DNA of 53,558 nucleotides from a virus (Duplodnaviria; Caudoviricetes), in IMG/VR virus record IMGVR_UViG_3300033562_000211, positions 1-53,558 of that record. One strand, given 5' to 3'. Under the pieces are notes generated by a model. That model was not told the origin of the DNA. It ran no database searches and was given only the letters and a program-made list of their open reading frames with translations. The first letter of the stretch is position 1. Every line of letters starts with the position of its first letter. The translations under genes were made by a program, and so were the position numbers. Positions 20,771-29,282 of the stretch are shown here, piece by piece.

Positions 20771-21147
20771 GAGATTTATTTCCAGATTTTAGCTTAGAAT
20801 AGGGCTACTTCTTACCGAATTACTGTAAATTTTTAGAAAATTTTTATAATTTGATTCATTTTTCTTTTCTGATTTATTCTTTTCTCTTATATAGGATCAA
20901 TATAGAGCTAATGATAAGTAATATTATAAGAATTATAGTTTTTATGGGTTATATAAGGAAATATCTAAAAATAGTAGAAAATTGTACGCTGTGTCAATAT
21001 TACTCAAAGAGACCCATACCAAACGGTATTTGAGTTGATTCATTTATCAGTAGATAAAAGAATGCTTATTTGTGGAGAGTTAGACTGTGGGGTAATGTTA
21101 ATGGTGACATTGTCCTAATTATTTAATCAATATGTCTGGAGGACATT

Positions 21148-21303
21148 ATGGATAAGTATGAAGAGATTATTTACAGACCAAAGAGAACAGTTAAAGATGT
21201 ATTGGAAACAACTGTTTTGTTTATTATTGCATCTGTTGGATTTGGATGTTCATTTGGGTTAATAGCTTATGCTATTAAGTTGTATGTTATGATACATCAG
21301 TGA
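21148..21303 (+). CDS. 51-aa membrane peptide
   Basis: GGAGG RBS; MDKYEEIIYRPKR...VLFIIASVGFGCSFGLIAYAIKLYVMIHQ. Confidence 0.5.
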   Translation: MDKYEEIIYRPKRTVKDVLETTVLFIIASVGFGCSFGLIAYAIKLYVMIHQ

Positions 21304-21503
21304 TGTATTCTTATAGGTATATAGGGCTTTAATTAGCCTTATATACTTATATTTATTTCTTTTTTATTTATGTTTATATATACTTAACCAGGACTCCCGT
21401 ATTTAACGATATACCGTGGGGTAGTAGTAGTGAGTCTATGAGTCTGGTAGATAATGGTGTCTATGCTATGCTATCCTAAATTAATCTCTTGAAAGGAGAT
21501 TAT

Positions 21504-21785
21504 ATGAATTTTGATATGATTATCAAGAGCTTCGGGAAGCTGCTGCTTCAAACCGAAGCTCTAAGGGTATTAGCTTCTGGTAATACAGAAGCGTATCCCC
21601 TAATATTGTTATCGCTAATGGCGATGATAGCAGAGGATATGGGTAAGACCATACCCGAAGTCTGCACAATGCTGGTAGATTTTGCTGCTTCCTGGGAGGA
21701 AGTATCAGCAAAGTTCACCAATATTGCTATGTCTGGTAAAATGATGGAGGCGATGATCAAGATGATCACTGCTACCCTCAAATAG
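21504..21785 (+). CDS. Hypothetical helical protein, GC-richer than the flanks
   Basis: AAGGAG RBS before ATG 21504; followed by a terminator. Confidence 0.6.
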   Translation: MNFDMIIKSFGKLLLQTEALRVLASGNTEAYPLILLSLMAMIAEDMGKTIPEVCTMLVDFAASWEEVSAKFTNIAMSGKMMEAMIKMITATLK

Positions 21786-21796
21786 CCATCATGTTT

Positions 21797-21823
21797 AAAG
21801 GGAGTATAATAGCTCCCTTTTTT
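21797..21823 (+). terminator. Intrinsic terminator
   Basis: AAAGGGAG-tataatag-CTCCCTTTTTTT. Confidence 0.75.
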
Positions 21824-22029
21824 CCTTATTTTTTCCCCTATTAGGTAGAGAGAACGAATTTAGATCCCATAATTAAACCTTGATTCTCATTAAATACTAC
21901 AATTAAACACCATAAACGGTATTTTATGAGTCCTGGTTAAATATCACAGACTGTGGGGTTTCTTTGGGGTAAAGAAAGGAAGGAAAGAAACTCTAAAGAG
22001 TATATAAAAAGGTTATTATTAAAATATAA

Positions 22030-23200
22030 TGATCTTCTTATGTATTTTACAAAGATGTAACTGTCGTCGTATGGATAGTTACACACCTGAGAACAGGTAA
22101 ACACAAAGAAGTCCAGAGTGATTAACTGGATGAGCAGTATACGATGCAACACAATATCCTTATTGTGCTATCTACGTTAAAAGATAGATGATCTCCTTGA
22201 ATAAGAGACATTTGTAGCCTAATAGTAATATAAGGCAAAATGGAATTAACGATTCCAACACTGGAGAGCCAGTGAGATTGGCTTGACAACCATGTATAGC
22301 ATGTATCCTTAGTAGGGCTCTACAACTATATAAAGAGGTCAAAAACAATTAAGCTCATTACTCTAACATGAGCAGTTATAGGTTATCTATAAACCTAATG
22401 CATGTAACTGTTATTCATAACATGCAATCATCTAATCTCAATTGAGATGTGACAATTAGATGAAACAAAGAATATGAGCATATAACTTGATTGCCGTGAA
22501 AGCTTAATCAGAGCTTAGCGATCAACTATATCAACTCTATACTGTCTAGTTAAGACATAAACTAACTCATGTAAGCTATGTAAAGCTAGTGTCACTACTC
22601 TCTAGTAAAGAGATATACACAACTCAAAGATTACATATAAGAACTCACGTTCAGAGTAATAAAAACTCTGAAGGATAGTTGTGAGACGTATGTATATTGG
22701 GAAAAGAAAAGTAGCGTTGTGTCAAGTATGCAGCCGTTGAAAGAGGCGACATACAAGGAGATAACAATCCGTAAATTGTAAAATCGAAGAAGAGAAACAC
22801 TCTAAGGAGTGTGTATCTAATCAGGGTTTAATAGACAACTAGACAGCACACTAAAGCTGTGGTTGCATAAAATCCAATACTAAGCAATGAGGAGTCTGAG
22901 GACTTATGTCAAACTCATGATAGCTTTGAGGATATAATTCTATATAGGTTCATCACCTACTGAATGTTACTGAAGTATCATCTTTTAACATAGAGGATCC
23001 TTAAAAAGGCTCTCCTCATACTTGCAAGTATGTTAAACTGATATGAATGTCTGAGAGTAAACTCAGTAAACAAATCATTGGTTGTTAGTTATCCAATAGA
23101 TGAAAAACTAACTAGGAAGGTCACTCCGAATATCAACAGTTGTTGACTGATGAATTGCAAAGTGCTATTGAATCAATGCAAGATTCAGGTGATCAAATCT
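22030..23200 (+). ncRNA. Candidate large structured non-coding RNA (~1.15 kb)
   Basis: No + strand ORF of 60 aa or more. More than 20 back-to-back hairpins with A-rich loops, G-U pairs on the + strand, and long-range complementarities. Confidence 0.65.
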
Positions 23201-23213
23201 CTTAATCTTCCAA

Positions 23214-24137
23214 ATGAAGGAGGTACTAATGGAAGACATGAGAGCATCATACAAAGATGCCAAATCTAAAATATATTTTCACAAAAGTGATTGTGATAAT
23301 GTATGTAAATTTGTTATCGAAGATGATGCATTCATGAAAATTAAGAGATTTGGAGAACACAAGCAGAAGAAACTAAGGTCTCTTCTTCCTGAATATGGTG
23401 AAAAATTCATATTCGTTTGTTATGATGAAATCATTATCAGTAAAGTGGCAACACTTACTAAGTATGGATGGATTCAGAATGAACAGATGAATTTCACCAA
23501 AGAAGGAAGAACGCTTAAGTTCAACAAAGCCTGTAAAAAAGAAAATATTGATATAACTGAAAGAGACAATCTATCATACGGTGATTCCGTATATAGAATG
23601 TTCTTCTCACTTCGGTTAGAAGATATGATCTTATCTGGAACAGGCTCTGCTCGCTCTTGTTATCAACCTACAGGTGCATATTTCCAAGGTAATATTACAT
23701 ATTACACATCTGGATATGCTATATTAGTAGGTTTGAAAAGCAGAAGCGGTGAACTTATAGCAAGATCTTGGATCCAGTTCTCTAAAAGTCTCAATTCCTT
23801 AGGTCACACATGTGGCTATGGAAATGAGACATATAACACTAACCTTCTCAGGAAGAAACTGCGTAACTTTGTGCAGTCTTTCATGAATAAAGGAAAGTGG
23901 ATCTCATCAGAGATGATAAGTACCCGTATAAAGGGAAAATTCATTAAAGATGGAAAGAGAACTGGACATTCGACGTGGTCGTGTGGAGGCTATTACAATG
24001 ATCTTTATCATAAGACAAGTGTTTGTACATTTGCTTATGTAAAAGGAATTGCAAAGCCTAGCGAGTTCTGTTTTAAGCATGGAGTTAACTTTAGCTTAAA
24101 AACAGGAAAGCTCACAGACTGTGGAAGGATATGCTAG
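23214..24137 (+). CDS. Hypothetical early protein; start probably ATG 23229
   Basis: AGGAGG RBS; SCY...G.Y...IARSW pattern. Confidence 0.6.
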   Translation: MKEVLMEDMRASYKDAKSKIYFHKSDCDNVCKFVIEDDAFMKIKRFGEHKQKKLRSLLPEYGEKFIFVCYDEIIISKVATLTKYGWIQNEQMNFTKEGRTLKFNKACKKENIDITERDNLSYGDSVYRMFFSLRLEDMILSGTGSARSCYQPTGAYFQGNITYYTSGYAILVGLKSRSGELIARSWIQFSKSLNSLGHTCGYGNETYNTNLLRKKLRNFVQSFMNKGKWISSEMISTRIKGKFIKDGKRTGHSTWSCGGYYNDLYHKTSVCTFAYVKGIAKPSEFCFKHGVNFSLKTGKLTDCGRIC

Positions 24138-24209
24138 TGTTTCCCAACACCAGGGAGAGGCATATAAAGATGGAGAAGCCTCTCCTGTGGTCTCCATTAA
24201 GGAGTAATT

Positions 24210-24971
24210 ATGGTAGATATTAAAAAAATACTGACCATGAGTGAAATAGAACTACAGAAATTAATAATAAGAACAGCTAAAAAAGCTGGTCTATTAATAA
24301 TAAACTGTAGTGAATATATCATTTGTTATTCCAATGAAACAAGATTAACGCTCTGTTCGCATTGGGATACAGTGCTAGACATACCAAAAAGAATAACAGA
24401 AGTCAATGATTTCATATTCTCAGGTATTGGTCTTGGTGCTGATGATAAAGCAGGTGTTTATATCATGCTGTCGCTCATGGAACAAATGCCAGAATCATTT
24501 CATTTCGCATTCTTCAATCATGAAGAAACAGGAATGATTGGTTCATCTATGTTTACTAAGCTACATAAAGAGCTACCGTTCAACACGGGAGGCTTTATTG
24601 GTCTTGATAGACATGGAGACAAACAGTTCGTTACCTATGGACAAGGAAATAAAAAACTTGAGAAAAAATTAGGTAACGAATACAAGAAAGAAACAGGTTC
24701 ATGTTCAGACTGTAAGAAACTATCTAAAGAGTACAGTCTAGCTATGGTCAATATCTCTGTTGGATTCTATAATGAACATACGACAGAAGAATATTTAGAT
24801 CTAATAGCTATGAACAGAACACTGAATCTGGTAAGAGATAAGTTAGCTGATTGCTCAGTTACTTATATGATAACAGAAAAAGAAGCGTTTGACTACAATA
24901 AATGGAGATCATCATACAAATACAATGATGATAGTAATTTGAACGAATATTATAATAATTTCGGAGGATAA
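24210..24971 (+). CDS. M28/M20-like zinc peptidase
   Basis: SHWDTV, LGADDKAG, EETG, LDR, YNEH metal-ligand motifs. Confidence 0.85.
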   Translation: MVDIKKILTMSEIELQKLIIRTAKKAGLLIINCSEYIICYSNETRLTLCSHWDTVLDIPKRITEVNDFIFSGIGLGADDKAGVYIMLSLMEQMPESFHFAFFNHEETGMIGSSMFTKLHKELPFNTGGFIGLDRHGDKQFVTYGQGNKKLEKKLGNEYKKETGSCSDCKKLSKEYSLAMVNISVGFYNEHTTEEYLDLIAMNRTLNLVRDKLADCSVTYMITEKEAFDYNKWRSSYKYNDDSNLNEYYNNFGG

Positions 24972-24972
24972 C

Positions 24973-25335
24973 ATGTTAGATTTAAGACTTAAGCTAAAAC
25001 AAAAAAACTTAAAGTCCGTTGAGTTTTACTTAACTGAAGAACCTTCAGTTAGTGATATTGTCGATTTAGACGATATTGAAATTGAAGAAGACTCGCTGGA
25101 AACACAGGTCATTGATTTAGAAGTTTCAGCTATGGCTGCTGGGCTTTTACATCACATAAGCCATGCAACAGGTAATGATTCACGCTCTAATTGTGGCAAT
25201 GTCCAATCTAATGGAGATGAATTCTGGCAATGGGTAGGAAAAGGACATTCATTCGTATTTAGAGCCTATTACATAAGTCAGAAAGGAACAAAGGTAATAA
25301 TACCTAGTTCCATTTCATATGTTCAAAATCTATAA
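24973..25335 (+). CDS. Hypothetical protein
   Basis: GGAGG RBS; acidic N-terminal half. Confidence 0.55.
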   Translation: MLDLRLKLKQKNLKSVEFYLTEEPSVSDIVDLDDIEIEEDSLETQVIDLEVSAMAAGLLHHISHATGNDSRSNCGNVQSNGDEFWQWVGKGHSFVFRAYYISQKGTKVIIPSSISYVQNL

Positions 25336-25439
25336 TTAAGAACCGAAACAAGAGCTGTATATGATCCAGATTATGACCATTGTGTGTCTTCGGCTCTCAT
25401 ATATAGCTCTTCCATAGGTTCTATTTGAAAGAAGGTATT

Positions 25440-25760
25440 ATGTTAAGGTTGATGAACAGTGCTATGATGCCAGATGAAGGTACTTATAAGTGCCATCGTA
25501 TAGGTAAAGTGGCATTTATAAACATGTTGAACTCCACTGAATTTGAATCATATATTGGGTACGAAAGTACTGCAAACATGATTAAACAAATGGGTTGTTT
25601 TAAAAAAATAAATATTTCAAGAGAACAAACCATCGTACAGGATGGAGATGTTCTTCTTATTATTAAATTGAAATATAGGGTTGGCAACCCTAACGACAAG
25701 AGACACTTGGAGCCATCAGAAGATGACTTTGAGTTCTTCGTTATTCAGTACAACACCTGA
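25440..25760 (+). CDS. DUF1874 (STIV B116 / AcrIII-1 ring nuclease)-like protein
   Basis: LMNSAMM...FESYIGYESTANMI...NISRE...GD.LLIIKLKYRV matches the family pattern LLN...F.SAIGH..TA...NR...GD...L..R. Confidence 0.65.
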   Translation: MLRLMNSAMMPDEGTYKCHRIGKVAFINMLNSTEFESYIGYESTANMIKQMGCFKKINISREQTIVQDGDVLLIIKLKYRVGNPNDKRHLEPSEDDFEFFVIQYNT

Positions 25761-26110
25761 CTACAATGGAATGAGAAAAAGGAAGATAAACCAAACATAT
25801 ATCAGGATTTGTTAAACTCTGAATTTATTTTAGGAAGTGTATGTATAACATAGAGCATATGAATTTTATAGTATTGTATTGTAGATTAATGGGTAAATAT
25901 GTTCCCCGACATATCGAACCTTACAATCACGACAATGCATACCATGCTCCTACGGTTAAGACAAGGAGGATATACCCTGCATCAACAGGGGAGACCTGAC
26001 ATAGGAGATTAATTGATTTATTTATATTATATAACTTATAAAGCACAATAGCCTGAGCATGCTATAACAACTACTCATTTAAATAATGGATTTTTTGTTA
26101 AATAAAGTAA

Positions 26111-26177
26111 CTCCCATAAAGAGTTAGGCTCACACAGTCAATGGATGAGTTACGTTCAAATCGTAATATGGGAGCAA
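26111..26177 (+). tRNA. tRNA-like element (pseudo-tRNA lacking a D arm)
   Basis: 8-bp acceptor CTCCCATA/TATGGGAG and perfect T arm TTACG-TTCAAAT-CGTAA. No D arm, no canonical anticodon loop, ends in CAA. Confidence 0.5.
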
Positions 26178-26271
26178 TTTAGAGATACTCTCTTGTAATC
26201 GTAGGTGTGACACCATTAACACTTTGGTTACAAGAGGGATTATCTCACGTATAATTAAATAAGGGGCAACT

Positions 26272-26472
26272 ATGATAATTGATATAAGGGGTACATTATA
26301 TAGTTATCATAAGCCTAGGTTATCAACTATATTGTATCTTCAGACTAAAAAGAAATACAATAAAACTAAAATAAATAAAATTGAAACTAACGAGTGGTTA
26401 TCTTACCATAAGTCTAACAATGGTATAGAAAACTATTCCAATTTCACAATTATAGGAGGTCACCGTGTTTAA
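26272..26472 (+). CDS. Hypothetical protein
   Basis: AAGGGG RBS. Confidence 0.45.
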   Translation: MIIDIRGTLYSYHKPRLSTILYLQTKKKYNKTKINKIETNEWLSYHKSNNGIENYSNFTIIGGHRV

Positions 26473-26637
26473 AATTAAAAAACAAACTAAAACAAGAGCT
26501 TTAGATATACTTGGTTATTCAACCAATTATCAACAAGCTCTAGCATTGGTTAATGAAGTAGAAGAAGAACACCAGGAACTTATGTTCTCTTCTAAGACAT
26601 ACCAAAACGAGTTCAATAAAACTATGAGGAGAACAGA

Positions 26638-26853
26638 ATGAAAACAGTGTTGCAGGTAAGAGCCACTTATCAAGGCTCTTACCTTAATGTAGATATGTTA
26701 ATACTTAATTTAATTAAAATAGGAAAACTAACGAACGAAGCTGGGAAACAATTTTTGAATCTAAGTCTAAGATGTATAGATAAAACATCTGAAGACTTTG
26801 AAGATTTAATTAATGAATTAAATAAAATAACGAGAGGAGAACGGATTGAATAA
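26638..26853 (+). CDS. Hypothetical protein
   Basis: GAGGAG RBS. Confidence 0.5.
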   Translation: MKTVLQVRATYQGSYLNVDMLILNLIKIGKLTNEAGKQFLNLSLRCIDKTSEDFEDLINELNKITRGERIE

Positions 26854-27025
26854 CGAAACAAAGCATGTAACTGTATCATGGATATGGAAGACTCTCCTTA
26901 TCCTGATAATTATGTTTGCTATTTATGGTGTTGGCTCACTATTAAAGCAATCGTATAACCAACCAAGTATTAAGATTGTAACAGATTCAATTTATGTTAC
27001 AATAGATTCGAGTAAGGAAAAATAA
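26846..27025 (+). CDS. 59-aa single-TM protein
   Basis: TTG start with GAGGAG RBS; WIWKTLLILIIMFAIYGVG. Confidence 0.4.
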   Translation: MNNETKHVTVSWIWKTLLILIIMFAIYGVGSLLKQSYNQPSIKIVTDSIYVTIDSSKEK

Positions 27026-27105
27026 ATTGTTAAAAAAAGGATTGGAAAGATAACTAAAATGATTTATCTTTTTAGTCCAAATCTTAATTAACGAAAGGAA
27101 TTACG

Positions 27106-27630
27106 ATGAGACTAAAAATTGTAATTGGTGAAAACACGCTAAACGGTATCACTACTGACTCATTAGAGTCAATGGAACCTATGTTAGTATCTATTGGTAA
27201 AACTAATGAAATGGTAGCAACAGTTACAGAAATATTTCAAGAAACTATTATTGAATGGGATGATGATGAAGACGATGAGGCAGAAAGAACAGTAACCTCA
27301 ACAAGAAGAATCTCAGTAGCAGACATGCAAGCTAATGGAGATTATTCAGTAGTCTTTGCCGTACCTCCTCCTCCAAAACCAATTAAGTTCTGTAAACTTG
27401 TAGGTGAACAAGCAGAAGTTGAGTTTGCAACCGAACCAGGGATGACAGTCAATACAGCTATTGAAAAAGCCATGGACTTATTAGGCTTCTCAATGGATTT
27501 ATCACAAGTGACAGTTGTTGTTGATGCAGACAATCAAACAATGCAATATCCAGAATCTATTAGAAATGAACCGATAAGAGAAGGTTCAATCATTTCGATT
27601 TTAGCAATAGGTAAACCATCAAGGGGTTAA
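27106..27630 (+). CDS. Ubiquitin-like (beta-grasp) modifier protein
   Basis: C-terminal domain VEFATEPGMTVNTAIE...VTVVVD...PIREGSIISIL ends in KPSRG-stop; first gene of the E2/JAB/E1 cluster. Confidence 0.7.
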   Translation: MRLKIVIGENTLNGITTDSLESMEPMLVSIGKTNEMVATVTEIFQETIIEWDDDEDDEAERTVTSTRRISVADMQANGDYSVVFAVPPPPKPIKFCKLVGEQAEVEFATEPGMTVNTAIEKAMDLLGFSMDLSQVTVVVDADNQTMQYPESIRNEPIREGSIISILAIGKPSRG

Positions 27631-27634
27631 TCTT

Positions 27635-28708
27635 ATGGCTATTTCTAACAGAGTAAAGCCTTCGTTTGTAATAACAACAGATGAAGGATTGCTAAAATCA
27701 TCACCATACCAAATGGTAATATCAGGTCAACAATGTATTCCAGAATTGGAATTACAGAAATCAATACCTGAGTTATCTATGTCAAACAAGTTAGAAAGAA
27801 TCAAGAGATATATAGTAGATGAAGCAGTAGAAATATCTGGAGTTATTAAAAAGAAAATAACAATAATTCCAGCTAATTATACATTCAATATAGATTCTCT
27901 TGATAAAACAATAATAAGAAATGTTCTCTATTATTCACTAGATTATCCAAATGTTTGGTTTAATGTGCAAAAAGAAAATGCCATTACAATGAGACAAGCT
28001 ATAAATATATATATAAATTCAAATGTATATAAAACTATCTATGGTTGTAATCTAGCTGGATTGAAAGACAAGATATTCCTTAAATCATATGATGAATATC
28101 TTGAAGAAGAAGAAGAGAAAAATAAAGCGGTTATATTGGAGCTAATCAATGCAAACAATAAGAAATTAGAGAATCGAATTGCAAATGCATATTCTCAAAT
28201 TAAAAGTAATGAAGATTCTACGTTAGTTCATTTCAAGAATATATATGATTGGAAAAAGTTAATAGAAACTAAAAGAGAAACATTAGACTTACCTAAAGGT
28301 GTAAGAATACAAAGTGAAAACCTAGTGATGAATACGAATGATATAATTGTATCATTTGCAAGTAAACGGATATACTTTGGTAAATTTGAAGTAACCTATA
28401 AGGTATCTGAGAGACAAATATTCATAAGAAATACAGAATTTAAAACACATAATGTTTGTCATCCTCACATATCATCTTATATATGTTGGGGAGGATTCAA
28501 AGAGAAGATTACTACAGCAATAGAGGATAATGATTTTAATAAAATGTTTGCTATTGTAATGGTATTCTTATCAGAACACTCAGATATATCAACATTTGTA
28601 AAAGCGTTGCTATTTCCTCATATAGATGAGAATGGTAAACTAACTAACTTAGCTAATACTAAATTCCATGATGGAAAGAGAGCAGAAGATTATGATTTCA
28701 ATAGATAG
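27635..28708 (+). CDS. Prokaryotic E2-like conjugating enzyme with N-terminal coiled coil
   Basis: CHPHISSYICWG corresponds to the E2 HP[NH]...IC active-site motif; followed by helices. Confidence 0.7.
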   Translation: MAISNRVKPSFVITTDEGLLKSSPYQMVISGQQCIPELELQKSIPELSMSNKLERIKRYIVDEAVEISGVIKKKITIIPANYTFNIDSLDKTIIRNVLYYSLDYPNVWFNVQKENAITMRQAINIYINSNVYKTIYGCNLAGLKDKIFLKSYDEYLEEEEEKNKAVILELINANNKKLENRIANAYSQIKSNEDSTLVHFKNIYDWKKLIETKRETLDLPKGVRIQSENLVMNTNDIIVSFASKRIYFGKFEVTYKVSERQIFIRNTEFKTHNVCHPHISSYICWGGFKEKITTAIEDNDFNKMFAIVMVFLSEHSDISTFVKALLFPHIDENGKLTNLANTKFHDGKRAEDYDFNR

Positions 28709-29282
28709 AACATGCTATGAGAAAATGCGTATTCTATGCGAGTATTCCAAGATTGAAGTATGTGGCACTGCATTATATAAGAGTGATCTTATTTATGGAT
28801 TCTCTCTTACAGAATATGTAGGCGCTCATAACATAGGTAATGATCGTTGGGATTTAGCAACAGGAGTACATGTAGTATCTGATGTTCTTCTCTTAGCAAA
28901 AAAACAACAAGAAGCTAGAAAGCAACAAGCAGTACTGGTAGATTGGCATTCACACAACTCTATGGCTGCATTCTGGAGTGGAACAGATGAAAATAACATT
29001 AGAACATTCCCTAATGAATATCAACTAATATCAATAGTTACTAATCATAAGGGAGATATCTTATTAAGGAAAGATACTTCATACTTTACTGGAATAGAGA
29101 CAAGACATTATAAAGAGTTTGCTCTTACAGGTAAAGGTATGGGTGAAAAGAAACGGTTAGATTATCTTAAAGAGATAGAGAAATACTATTCTAAAAGAAA
29201 GGAGTTCATGCAACAATGGACAAAACAAGACAAAAGGATCTCCTCAGAGAAGAAGAATGCTCAAGACCTATATCTATTATAG
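28668..29282 (+). CDS. JAB/MPN+ metallo-isopeptidase
   Basis: N-terminal E (IEVCG) and HSH-x7-S-x2-D in DWHSHNSMAAFWSGTD. Confidence 0.88.
   Translation: MMEREQKIMISIDRTCYEKMRILCEYSKIEVCGTALYKSDLIYGFSLTEYVGAHNIGNDRWDLATGVHVVSDVLLLAKKQQEARKQQAVLVDWHSHNSMAAFWSGTDENNIRTFPNEYQLISIVTNHKGDILLRKDTSYFTGIETRHYKEFALTGKGMGEKKRLDYLKEIEKYYSKRKEFMQQWTKQDKRISSEKKNAQDLYLL

Noticed and set aside
22283-22309. TTGACA...TATCCT promoter inside the ncRNA candidate
   Set aside because: The spacer is only 15 nt, and the TTGACA is also explained by pairing with TGTCAAG at 22720-26
23147-23190. CTGATGA suggesting a hammerhead ribozyme
   Set aside because: The following stem consumes the last A of the motif and is followed by GAAT, not GAAA; no matching stem I/III with a cleavage triplet
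22030-23200. CRISPR array or group II intron
   Set aside because: No repeated direct-repeat sequence, no recognisable domain V or GUGCG start, and no interrupted gene
26111-26177. Functional decoding tRNA
   Set aside because: No D arm or 7-nt anticodon loop; kept only as a tRNA-like element
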